The notes under the pieces: generated by a model | The model's database searches: none | Told to the model about the DNA's origin: nothing | The model's input: only the letters and a program-made list of their open reading frames with translations | Made by a program: the position numbers and the translations under genes | Shown: piece by piece, positions 1 through 7,145 of the stretch | Layout of the letters: each line of letters begins with the position of its first letter | Numbering within the stretch: the stretch's first letter is position 1 | Origin: an uncultured virus (IMG/VR IMGVR_UViG_3300027759_000081) | Lineage: Duplodnaviria; Heunggongvirae; Uroviricota; Caudoviricetes | Direction: 5' to 3' (one strand) | IMG/VR virus record: IMGVR_UViG_3300027759_000081 | DNA: 20,000 bases

Positions 1-222
1 CGCGAGGAAGACATTAACAGCCCAGACTATGGCAAGTTCGTTATGAAACCTAACGAGCGTAGGCACCTGATGTTGGAACTGCTGAAGTATACACATCCTC
101 AGTTAAAGTCGATCGATCACAAGGGAATGACCAACAACGCCGTTACGGTTATTCTGAATATGCCAGACGGTACACAGAGCCACAAACAAGTAGAATCGAG
201 AGGAAAAGTTATCGATGCCTGA
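1..222 (+). CDS. terS: Terminase small subunit, 3' part (5'-truncated by window edge; not in ORF track)
   Basis: Frame 1 is open from base 1 to TGA at 220-222 (REEDINSPDYGKFVMKPNERRHLMLELLKYTHPQLKSIDHKG...VIDA*). The ELLKYxHPQLKSID motif resembles small-terminase C-termini, and the ORF overlaps the terL start (ATGCCTGA). Confidence 0.65.
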   Translation, partial: REEDINSPDYGKFVMKPNERRHLMLELLKYTHPQLKSIDHKGMTNNAVTVILNMPDGTQSHKQVESRGKVIDA

Positions 223-1522
223 AATTAGATTACCCGCATTTTATACTCCACGTATTTATCAAGAAGCAGTCTGGAACTATATGTTGCAGGACAAGTTAGG
301 TCTGCGCGCATCAATGGTGTGGCATCGACGTGGAGGGAAAGACTTAACTGCAATTAACATATGCGCCATGAAGTCGTTCCAGCGCGTGGGCACATACTGG
401 CACGTACTGCCTACATATAAACAGGGTAAGCAAATTGTCTGGGAAGGTATGACAGGCGATGGTACGCCGTTCATTGATTCCTTTCCCAAAGAGCTGGTTA
501 CACGGAAGCGTGAGGTTGACCTGCAGATTGACCTTATTAACGGGAGTAAGTACCGTGTTGTTGGTTCGGACAATGTTGACAGCATTGTTGGTACTAATCC
601 TATCGGTGTGGTTTTCTCAGAGTATAGTCTGCAGGATCCTAGTGCGTGGGATTATATTAGACCGATTTTGGCTGAGAATGGCGGGTGGGCAATGTTCATC
701 TTTACTCCGCGTGGTAAGAACCATGGGTATACGCTTCATGAGATGGCGCGTAAGAATCCTGATCGATGGTTCTCCCAGACCCTGTCCATCGAAGATACTG
801 GTGCAGTCGATAAGCAAACTATCGAGGACGAGCGTAAGGATGGTATGGCTGAGGAGTTGATCCAGCAGGAGTATTATTGCTCGTTCAATGCTCCTCTGGT
901 CGGTTCATATTATGCTACCCAGTTAACCAATGCGGAAAAAGAGGGAAGGATTCGGAATTGCCCTTGGGAGCCACTACTGCCAGTACATACCTTCTGGGAT
1001 CTGGGCGTTGACGACCATACCACAATCTGGTTTATGCAGGAGTATGCAGATGAATTTAGGTTCATAGACTACTACTCAAATTCGGGAGAAGGTCTACCTC
1101 ACTACATTAAAGAATTAAATACGAAGCAGTATGTTTATGGTCGTCACTATGCACCACATGATATTAAGGTGCGCGAATTCTCGTCTGGCAAATCGCGTTA
1201 TGAGACGGCCAAAGGTCTGGGTATTACGTTTCAGATTGTAGCAAAACACGATCTGTCAGATGGTATCGAGCAGACACGTAACATCCTGCCGCGCTGTTAT
1301 TTCGACGAGACAAAGTGTGATACGGGAATCCAGTGCTTAAAATCCTATCGTAAAGAATGGAACGAGATGATGAAGACCTACTCTACAACACCGGTACACG
1401 ATTGGGCTTCCCACGGTGCTGATGCGTTTCGTATGTTCGCATGGCGGTCTAAGGATCTCGCAAGACAGAGAAAAGGTAAACCTAAAAGTTCTACAGTAGA
1501 TGAGTACAACTACCTTGGATAA
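215..1522 (+). CDS. terL: Terminase large subunit
   Basis: Walker A-like WHRRGGKD, Walker B-like VVFSEY, coupling motif FTPRGKN, RNase H-type nuclease motifs WDLGVDD and HDWASHGADAFR. AGAGG lies upstream. Confidence 0.95.
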   Translation: MPEIRLPAFYTPRIYQEAVWNYMLQDKLGLRASMVWHRRGGKDLTAINICAMKSFQRVGTYWHVLPTYKQGKQIVWEGMTGDGTPFIDSFPKELVTRKREVDLQIDLINGSKYRVVGSDNVDSIVGTNPIGVVFSEYSLQDPSAWDYIRPILAENGGWAMFIFTPRGKNHGYTLHEMARKNPDRWFSQTLSIEDTGAVDKQTIEDERKDGMAEELIQQEYYCSFNAPLVGSYYATQLTNAEKEGRIRNCPWEPLLPVHTFWDLGVDDHTTIWFMQEYADEFRFIDYYSNSGEGLPHYIKELNTKQYVYGRHYAPHDIKVREFSSGKSRYETAKGLGITFQIVAKHDLSDGIEQTRNILPRCYFDETKCDTGIQCLKSYRKEWNEMMKTYSTTPVHDWASHGADAFRMFAWRSKDLARQRKGKPKSSTVDEYNYLG

Positions 1523-1895
1523 AGTAATACTAGCTGCAGAGGAGGTTTACAGGAATGAAGATTGTGCCCGCAGCTTTGAGGAAGATTTATATTTACATCT
1601 GCATACCCAGGGATGTATTGTCTTCAAAGATGAAAACAACCTAGCACTTGTTAGACCTGTAAATGAACACGATCCTTACGAAAATCTTACCTACCCAGGA
1701 TACATCTCACCTGAGCCAAATGCTTGGTGGGTTTATATGCTCGTTGGCGACGTGCCTTTTCTTGTTAGCTTACTTCCTAATCGATTTGATCGTATCGGTT
1801 GGGAAAGGAAAAATAAACCACGATTCTATAACCTCAATAAAGTAAAACAATGGACTTCAACGATGGACCACACTGGGATGAAACCTTATTTATGA
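1500..1895 (+). CDS. Hypothetical phage protein, possibly a degenerate GNAT-like fold
   Basis: 131-aa ORF filling the gap after terL and overlapping both neighbours. The alpha/beta pattern (IVFKDENNLALVRPV, NAWWVYMLVGD, IGWER..KPRFY) suggests GNAT, which is inference. Alternative TTG start at 1515. Confidence 0.6.
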   Translation: MSTTTLDKVILAAEEVYRNEDCARSFEEDLYLHLHTQGCIVFKDENNLALVRPVNEHDPYENLTYPGYISPEPNAWWVYMLVGDVPFLVSLLPNRFDRIGWERKNKPRFYNLNKVKQWTSTMDHTGMKPYL

Positions 1896-2107
1896 ACGGA
1901 CGCCTTGCACGCCTACACAAAGGAGGATCTTCTGCAAAACCTCCTCAACTTCCAAACACGCCAGCACGGCCTGCTGAAGCTGCTAAGACTGTAGCAACAA
2001 ATGCAGAACGAGACCCTGCACGTCGTAGGATGCGCGGATTTGGATCTACTATCCTTAGTAGTTCTATGTCTGACGACAAAAGAGGCGCATCTATTCTAGG
2101 GGGTTAA
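1850..2107 (+). CDS. Small virion/assembly protein upstream of portal (position equivalent to T7 gp7.3)
   Basis: KGGSSAKPPQLP N-terminal part and basic RRRMRGFGSTILS...SILGG C-terminus, typical of the small pre-portal protein of podoviruses. The start may be 1892 (ATGA overlap with upstream stop). Confidence 0.7.
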   Translation: MDFNDGPHWDETLFMNGRLARLHKGGSSAKPPQLPNTPARPAEAAKTVATNAERDPARRRMRGFGSTILSSSMSDDKRGASILGG

Positions 2108-2108
2108 T

Positions 2109-3704
2109 ATGTCGGACGACAATATCGCAATGGAAACCATGTTGATCTTGGCTGGTGCCAAGAATCAGCGATCAGTCTGGAACTCACGTTTTCAGGAGGT
2201 AGTCGATTATTGTCGTCCCAACGCTGATAGCTTTACTGGTAAGAAGAGTCCAGGTCAGAGTAACACCGATCAGATTTATGATGCCACTGCAGTTGATGCA
2301 TTGGAAGAATTTGCTACGTCGATTCATTCTTATGTTGCCAACCCTACTGATCGTTATTTTGATTTTCGTTCTACTAACCCTCGGTACGCTAATGATCGTC
2401 GGGTAAAACTCTGGTGTGAGCATGTTACAGATACAATCTACCATTACTACTCTGCAGCTAATTCAGGGTATACTGGTTCGATGTCTGAAACATTCCTTGA
2501 CATTGGTTCGTTCGGTACCTCTGTACAGTATCAATACTGGAAAGACGGACTGCACTTCAAGACGTTTGCACTAGCTGATTGCTGGATTAAAGAAAATTCC
2601 GATGGATTTGTAGACACCCTCGTAAGAGAGATTAACTGGACAGCGCGTCAGGTTATGCAAGAGTTTGGCAAGATGCCACCAAAACTCAATGAAAAGACAC
2701 GCGAAAAACCTGATACCCCTCTTACTGTTATCCACCTGGTTATCCCTAGGTCTGATACTCGCTTCTTACAGCACATCAAGCCCGCTAAAAACTTTGCTTC
2801 TATTTGGGTGTGTATGGATACTAAAGAGACCTTGAAAATCGATGGTTTTCAATGGTTCCCTTTCCATACTCCGCGCTGGTTAAAGATGTCGACGGAAGTG
2901 TATGGTCGCAGTCCTGCACTTAAGGCAATGCCTGATATTAAGATGCTTAACCGCCTTGAGTTTCAACTTCTTAAAGGTTACTCGAAAGCAACTGATCCTC
3001 CGTTGATTGTTCCTTCTGAGGCGTTCCTTGTTCCACTTAAGACCCACCCTGGTGCGGTTAATTACAAGGAACCCGGATCTGATCCGATTGAATCTCTTCC
3101 ACCTGTTAACTTCTCAATTCCGGAAAACAAAGCAGAACAAAAGCGTGAGGCAATCCGCAAGTACTTCTACAACGATGTCTTCCGTCTGGAAAAAGAGAAC
3201 GTAGAGATGACTGCGTACGAAGCACAAGATCGTCGCGAAGAAAAACTTCGTAAGATTGCGCCTATGACAGGACGACTCAATATGGAACTACTTGGTCCCC
3301 AATTGACCCTGTCCTACCTTCTTTGCACCAGGCACGGTGCAATCGATCCTCCACCATTCGAAATACAAGGTGGTTTGAAAATCGAGTACTCTTCTCCTGC
3401 TGCCCGCGCTCAGACAAGCCTTCGTGCTGTGGGTCTGGACAGGTACATCCAGCGTCTTATTCCCGCTGCGCAGATTAACCCAGAGGTCTTCGCCAGTGTC
3501 AACTGGGCAGGTTACTCAAGAGAGATGGCGCTGGCTATGGGAACAAGCGAGAAGATACTTTATTCGCCTGAAGAAATGGAAGCCATTAACTCCCAGAAAG
3601 CGGAGGCTGAACAGCAGCAAGCCATGGTTCAAATGGCTGAACCTGCTTCCAAGGCTATTAAAAATCTTAGCGATTCTGGGATTAACCTTGGAGGTATGAT
3701 GTGA
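2109..3704 (+). CDS. Portal (head-tail connector) protein, T7 gp8/BPP-1 type
   Basis: 531 aa with characteristic motifs IYDATAVDAL, DIGSFGTS, PRW...EVYGRSPA..AMPDIKMLN, MTAYEAQDRREEKLR, KIEYSSPAARAQ. Synteny after terL. Confidence 0.93.
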   Translation: MSDDNIAMETMLILAGAKNQRSVWNSRFQEVVDYCRPNADSFTGKKSPGQSNTDQIYDATAVDALEEFATSIHSYVANPTDRYFDFRSTNPRYANDRRVKLWCEHVTDTIYHYYSAANSGYTGSMSETFLDIGSFGTSVQYQYWKDGLHFKTFALADCWIKENSDGFVDTLVREINWTARQVMQEFGKMPPKLNEKTREKPDTPLTVIHLVIPRSDTRFLQHIKPAKNFASIWVCMDTKETLKIDGFQWFPFHTPRWLKMSTEVYGRSPALKAMPDIKMLNRLEFQLLKGYSKATDPPLIVPSEAFLVPLKTHPGAVNYKEPGSDPIESLPPVNFSIPENKAEQKREAIRKYFYNDVFRLEKENVEMTAYEAQDRREEKLRKIAPMTGRLNMELLGPQLTLSYLLCTRHGAIDPPPFEIQGGLKIEYSSPAARAQTSLRAVGLDRYIQRLIPAAQINPEVFASVNWAGYSREMALAMGTSEKILYSPEEMEAINSQKAEAEQQQAMVQMAEPASKAIKNLSDSGINLGGMM

Positions 3705-3961
3705 TCCGAGGAATAGTTAAAGAAGTATCCACATACCTGCAGTTCAAAAGGGACTGCAGGGAAATTTTTACCACACCACAAGGACGAAGGATTCTTTCGT
3801 ATCTTATGAAAAAGGGGTGTGTCACGACTGCAGTAGCCTGCGTAGATCGTGATGAATCTTTGCGCAATGAGGGGATGCAGCGCCTAGTGCTGTCTCTTCT
3901 TAAGGCGACATATCGCAACGAAACAGAACTAGAACAACAACTCGAAGAAGAACAATTATGA
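3701..3961 (+). CDS. Small conserved protein between portal and scaffold (Bbp19-like)
   Basis: IFTTPQGRRILSYL...RNEGMQRLVLSLL pattern. GTG start preceded by GGAGGT (3690-3695), with GTGA and ATGA overlaps at the two ends. Confidence 0.75.
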   Translation: MIRGIVKEVSTYLQFKRDCREIFTTPQGRRILSYLMKKGCVTTAVACVDRDESLRNEGMQRLVLSLLKATYRNETELEQQLEEEQL

Positions 3962-4863
3962 CACGATTCGGACAACTAAGACTACTATTTAACGAAGACG
4001 GCGGAGGCGACGGAGGCGGCGGAGGAGGTACTCCACCACCACCACCAACTCCACCAGCCCCAGGATCTATTCTCCAAACTGGAGGAGGCGGTACTGAAAC
4101 ATGGTACGGCACACTTCCTGATGAGTTTAAAGTTAACCCATACGTTACACAGTCGAAAGACCTTGCAGGATTTGTTAAATCCGCTATCGATACTAAGTCG
4201 ATGGTTGGTGCCAACACTATCCGTCTTCCAGGTGAGAAAGCTACTCCTGAAGAACGTTCAGAATTCTACAATAAACTTGGTCGTCCTTCTGACCACACTG
4301 GTTACAAGCCCACTGTTGCTCCAGTCGAAGGTGTTGTCGATTCTGCTGTCAACGAACAAATGACCAAGAAGTTCCATGAACTCGGTCTTACCAGTCAACA
4401 AGGTCAAGCAATTCTTGACGAGTATTATGGCGTGCTTAACGGCGGATTTACTGCTCATAACGATAACCTTGTTACTCAACGTGAACAAGCAATGACTACT
4501 CTTAAAGGGGAGTGGGGTCAAAACTACGATGCCAATGTTAAGACTGCACAACTTGCAGTTCGTGAACTTGGTGGTCAAGAACTCTTTGAGGTTCTCGAAG
4601 GTGCTGGTCTAGCAGACAATCCACAAATCATTAAGTTCCTGCACAACGCTGGAACAAAGTTGCTTGATGATGCAGCTATTGGCGGTGGAAATAATCAGTT
4701 TGCTGGTTCAATCGAAGGTGCCTCTGCTGAGATTGGCCGCCTGAAGACTGACCCTGAGTTCATGCGTGTCTGGGGCGATGCTCAAGCACCTGGACATAAA
4801 GAAGCAGTAGATAAGTGGCTTGCACTTCACCGCACTGCTTTCCCAGGTAAGTCAGAAGATTGA
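3958..4863 (+). CDS. Capsid assembly scaffolding protein
   Basis: Gly/Pro-rich N-terminus, then WYGTLPDE, FYNKLGRP, LKGEWGQNYDANV, GLADNPQIIKFLH motifs. Lies directly upstream of the major capsid gene. Confidence 0.85.
   Translation: MTRFGQLRLLFNEDGGGDGGGGGGTPPPPPTPPAPGSILQTGGGGTETWYGTLPDEFKVNPYVTQSKDLAGFVKSAIDTKSMVGANTIRLPGEKATPEERSEFYNKLGRPSDHTGYKPTVAPVEGVVDSAVNEQMTKKFHELGLTSQQGQAILDEYYGVLNGGFTAHNDNLVTQREQAMTTLKGEWGQNYDANVKTAQLAVRELGGQELFEVLEGAGLADNPQIIKFLHNAGTKLLDDAAIGGGNNQFAGSIEGASAEIGRLKTDPEFMRVWGDAQAPGHKEAVDKWLALHRTAFPGKSED
4000..4060 (+). repeat. Low-complexity GGN/CCA triplet run encoding poly-Gly and poly-Pro
   Basis: ggcggaggcgacggaggcggcggaggaggtactccaccaccaccaccaactccaccagcc. 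Confidence 0.8.
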
Positions 4864-4870
4864 TCGTAAT

Positions 4871-4916
4871 CTTTTTTAAAAAAAGTATTTACAGCAGATA
4901 ACAGTTGGGTTATCAT
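4871..4916 (+). promoter_or_regulatory. Sigma70-type promoter for the capsid genes
   Basis: -35 TTTACA (4888-4893), 17-bp spacer, -10 TATCAT (4911-4916), preceded by an UP-like T6A7 tract (4872-4884). It lies in the only large intergenic gap of the window. Confidence 0.75.
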
Positions 4917-4925
4917 GATACCTGA

Positions 4926-5035
4926 GATCAGACTACTCTTCGGAACCTGATCATTGTGGTAACCCACACGTGATGCACCGTTAAGCATAAGGTGAAGACC
5001 CGCATTCGCGGACTATTGGAACCGGAACTCACAAT
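4926..5035 (+). promoter_or_regulatory. Putative structured 5' leader RNA of the major capsid mRNA
   Basis: Tandem hairpins read by eye: GATCAG/CTGATC (4926-4952) enclosing TC-TTCG-GA, TGTGG/CCACA (4955-4968), CACC/GGTG (4976-4994), CCGC-ATTC-GCGG (5000-5011). Confidence 0.55.
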
Positions 5036-5056
5036 CCAACCAACCAATAAACAAAT

Positions 5057-5959
5057 ATGTCCTTCCAAGTAGATACTGCTTTGGTTAATTCGTACCACTC
5101 GAATATCCAAATCAAGTTCCAACAAAAAGGATCCCGTCTTCGCCCTTATGTGAGGATGGAATCCCAAAATTCGGAATTTGATTTCTTCGACCGAATTGGC
5201 CCCACCGCCGCTGTTAAAGTGAAAAACCGCCACAGCGACACTCCCCTCATTTCCACCCCACATGACCGCAGGCGCAACGCGACTGAGGATTATGACTGGG
5301 CGGATTTGATTGACCGTAAAGATCGCCTGCGTATGCTTGCTGATCCCACCTCGTCCTACAACACCAACGCCGTTTACGCGCTTGGTCGTGCCATGGACAT
5401 CGAAATCGTACGTGCAGCGTTTGGTGCTTCTTTCTCCGGTAAGACTGGCCAAACCTCAATCTCATTCCCTGCTACTCAGGAAATTGCGGTTAACTACACT
5501 GATTCCGGTGGTTCTGGTAACACCAACCTTACGATCGACAAGTTGCGGAAAATCCGCCTCATGTTCGACCTTGAGGAAGCCGTTGACTGGGATGCTGCTG
5601 AGGAACTCTACATGGCAGTTACTGCCTGGCAGATTAACTCTCTTCTCCGTGAGGATGAGATCAACAACATCGACTACGCTGCTATTAAAGCACTTGTCAA
5701 TGGTAAGATCGACACCTTCATGGGTATCAAGTTTATCCGTGTTCACCCCTCTATTCTTCCGAAGTCGGGAGATATTCGTTCCTGCCCCGTTTGGACCCGT
5801 CAGGGTATCCTCCTCGGTGTTGCGGATGAAGTGAACACTGATATCGGACCTCGTCGTGACAAGCGCAACTCCGTTCAAGTCTATGTCTGCGGTTCCTTTG
5901 GAGCTACTCGGATGTGGGAAGAGCAGGTTGTGAAGGTCCTCGCCGATGAAACCAAGTAA
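5057..5959 (+). CDS. Major capsid protein (HK97 fold expected)
   Basis: N-terminus ...QQKGSRLRPYV, plus DTPLISTPHDRR, ADLIDRKDRLRML.DP, ALGRAMD and GATRMWEEQVV match a widespread podovirus capsid family. Visibly biased toward C/T-ending codons. Confidence 0.92.
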   Translation: MSFQVDTALVNSYHSNIQIKFQQKGSRLRPYVRMESQNSEFDFFDRIGPTAAVKVKNRHSDTPLISTPHDRRRNATEDYDWADLIDRKDRLRMLADPTSSYNTNAVYALGRAMDIEIVRAAFGASFSGKTGQTSISFPATQEIAVNYTDSGGSGNTNLTIDKLRKIRLMFDLEEAVDWDAAEELYMAVTAWQINSLLREDEINNIDYAAIKALVNGKIDTFMGIKFIRVHPSILPKSGDIRSCPVWTRQGILLGVADEVNTDIGPRRDKRNSVQVYVCGSFGATRMWEEQVVKVLADETK

Positions 5960-5989
5960 TCCCTGACATAACAGAAAGGAACTAATACT

Positions 5990-6481
5990 ATGGCTCAATT
6001 CGATTCAAAACAAATCAAGCAATGGGAAGCACTGGGACACGGTCCCCTAATGCCAAACGAACTTCATGGACGGGTACGCGTTGCGTACTTCCAGTTCCAA
6101 GCTGATCGTGATGCAGTAGGTGGAGTGATCGCCCAGAACGATACTGTGCGACTTCTTCAACTACCTGCTCAAGCACGTCTTGTTTATGGTGCGTTTAAGC
6201 ATGGCGCATTTGGTGCAAGCGTTACTCTTGACCTCGGTCTCCGTGGTCTGGATAACTCTGGATATTACAATCTGGCGGGAACGCTAGCAGATGATCCAGA
6301 TTACCTTGCAACTTCCATTGCAATTGCTACTGCTTCTACTGCTCCAGTAGAACTATTCGAAGAACCCGCTGGTCTCTTTTACCTAACGGATAAAGAGGTT
6401 GAACTCTACGCTACATTCAAAGGAGCTAATCCTGCGGATAACGTCGAGATCTCCGGTGTTATCTTCTACGTAGTGGACTAA
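5990..6481 (+). CDS. Capsid decoration/cement-like protein
   Basis: 163 aa, beta-rich (LHGRVRVAYF, DTVRLLQLPAQARLV, VTLDLG, GVIFYVVD). Directly after the capsid gene and before the terminator, with SD AAAGGA upstream. Confidence 0.65.
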   Translation: MAQFDSKQIKQWEALGHGPLMPNELHGRVRVAYFQFQADRDAVGGVIAQNDTVRLLQLPAQARLVYGAFKHGAFGASVTLDLGLRGLDNSGYYNLAGTLADDPDYLATSIAIATASTAPVELFEEPAGLFYLTDKEVELYATFKGANPADNVEISGVIFYVVD

Positions 6482-6502
6482 TCTCCTTAGTTGCGATAAC
6501 CT

Positions 6503-6549
6503 GTAAGAGCTCGGCGGTTTAACTACCGTCGGGCTCTTACTTCTTCCTT
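6503..6549 (+). terminator. Rho-independent terminator-like hairpin after the capsid genes
   Basis: 16-bp stem GTAAGAGCTCGGCGGT / ACCGTCGGGCTCTTAC (two G-U pairs), loop TTAACT, followed by TTCTTCCTT. The imperfect U tract is consistent with partial read-through into the tail genes. Confidence 0.8.
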
Positions 6550-6553
6550 AATT

Positions 6554-7144
6554 ATGTACAACGCCCTATCAATATGTAATGGTGCCCTTCAAAAGATCGG
6601 CATAGCACGAATCATGTCCCTTGATGAACAGAGCAAGGAGGCTAGAACTTGTCAGTCTGAATATGACAAAGTACGCCGTACCGTTCTGCGTCTCTATCCC
6701 TGGGCATTTGCTGCTGAACGAGTCATGCTGGCCCCAGACCCTGTTCCACCTGCTTTCGAATATGAGTACAAGTTTGCTCTCCCTTCTGACTATCTCCGTA
6801 TTACAGATCTATATGATTATGACGGCGAATGGAAGGTTGAGGGTTCTTGGTTGCTTTGCAACATTGACTCAGTATCGCTTAAATATATCCGCAACCTCGA
6901 GGATTTTACCAACGTCGACGCTTTATTTATTGATTGCTTTGAGTGGTATCTTGCCTATGAAATTGCTCGTTACCTTACTGAATCCGAAACCGTTCGCGAA
7001 GAAGCTCTACGGGGGTTTAAAAACCTCATGCCAATGGCAAAGTTTGTTCAGTCGACAGAGGGTTCTCAATTAAGTTTCGACTCATACGATCTTCTTGAAG
7101 CTCGCCGAGGTTCACGCTTTGTAAGAGATCCAGGGACTAACTAA
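6554..7144 (+). CDS. Tail tubular protein A / adaptor (T7 gp11-like)
   Basis: SICNGALQKIG...I.SLDE.SKEA, VLRLYPWAFA, YKFALPSDYLRI motifs, and synteny. Confidence 0.88.
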   Translation: MYNALSICNGALQKIGIARIMSLDEQSKEARTCQSEYDKVRRTVLRLYPWAFAAERVMLAPDPVPPAFEYEYKFALPSDYLRITDLYDYDGEWKVEGSWLLCNIDSVSLKYIRNLEDFTNVDALFIDCFEWYLAYEIARYLTESETVREEALRGFKNLMPMAKFVQSTEGSQLSFDSYDLLEARRGSRFVRDPGTN

Positions 7145-7145
7145 T

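Noticed and set aside
3900..4217. Minus-strand 105-aa ORF with poly-Gly/poly-Pro
   Set aside because: Mirror translation of the GGN/CCA run in the scaffold gene.
5930..5990. T7 gp10A/10B-type frameshift or read-through extending the capsid protein
   Set aside because: No slippery sequence is evident, stops follow closely (TAA, TGA, TAA), and the next gene has its own SD.
4928..5998. Long minus-strand ORFs (4928-5452, 5462-5998) and a + strand alternative-frame ORF (5310-5834) over the capsid gene
   Set aside because: Expected shadows of the strong codon bias of a highly expressed gene. They have no protein-like motifs or start signals.
6495..6500. GATAAC half-site matching the capsid-promoter inverted repeat
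   Set aside because: A single hexamer with no properly spaced partner, so likely chance.
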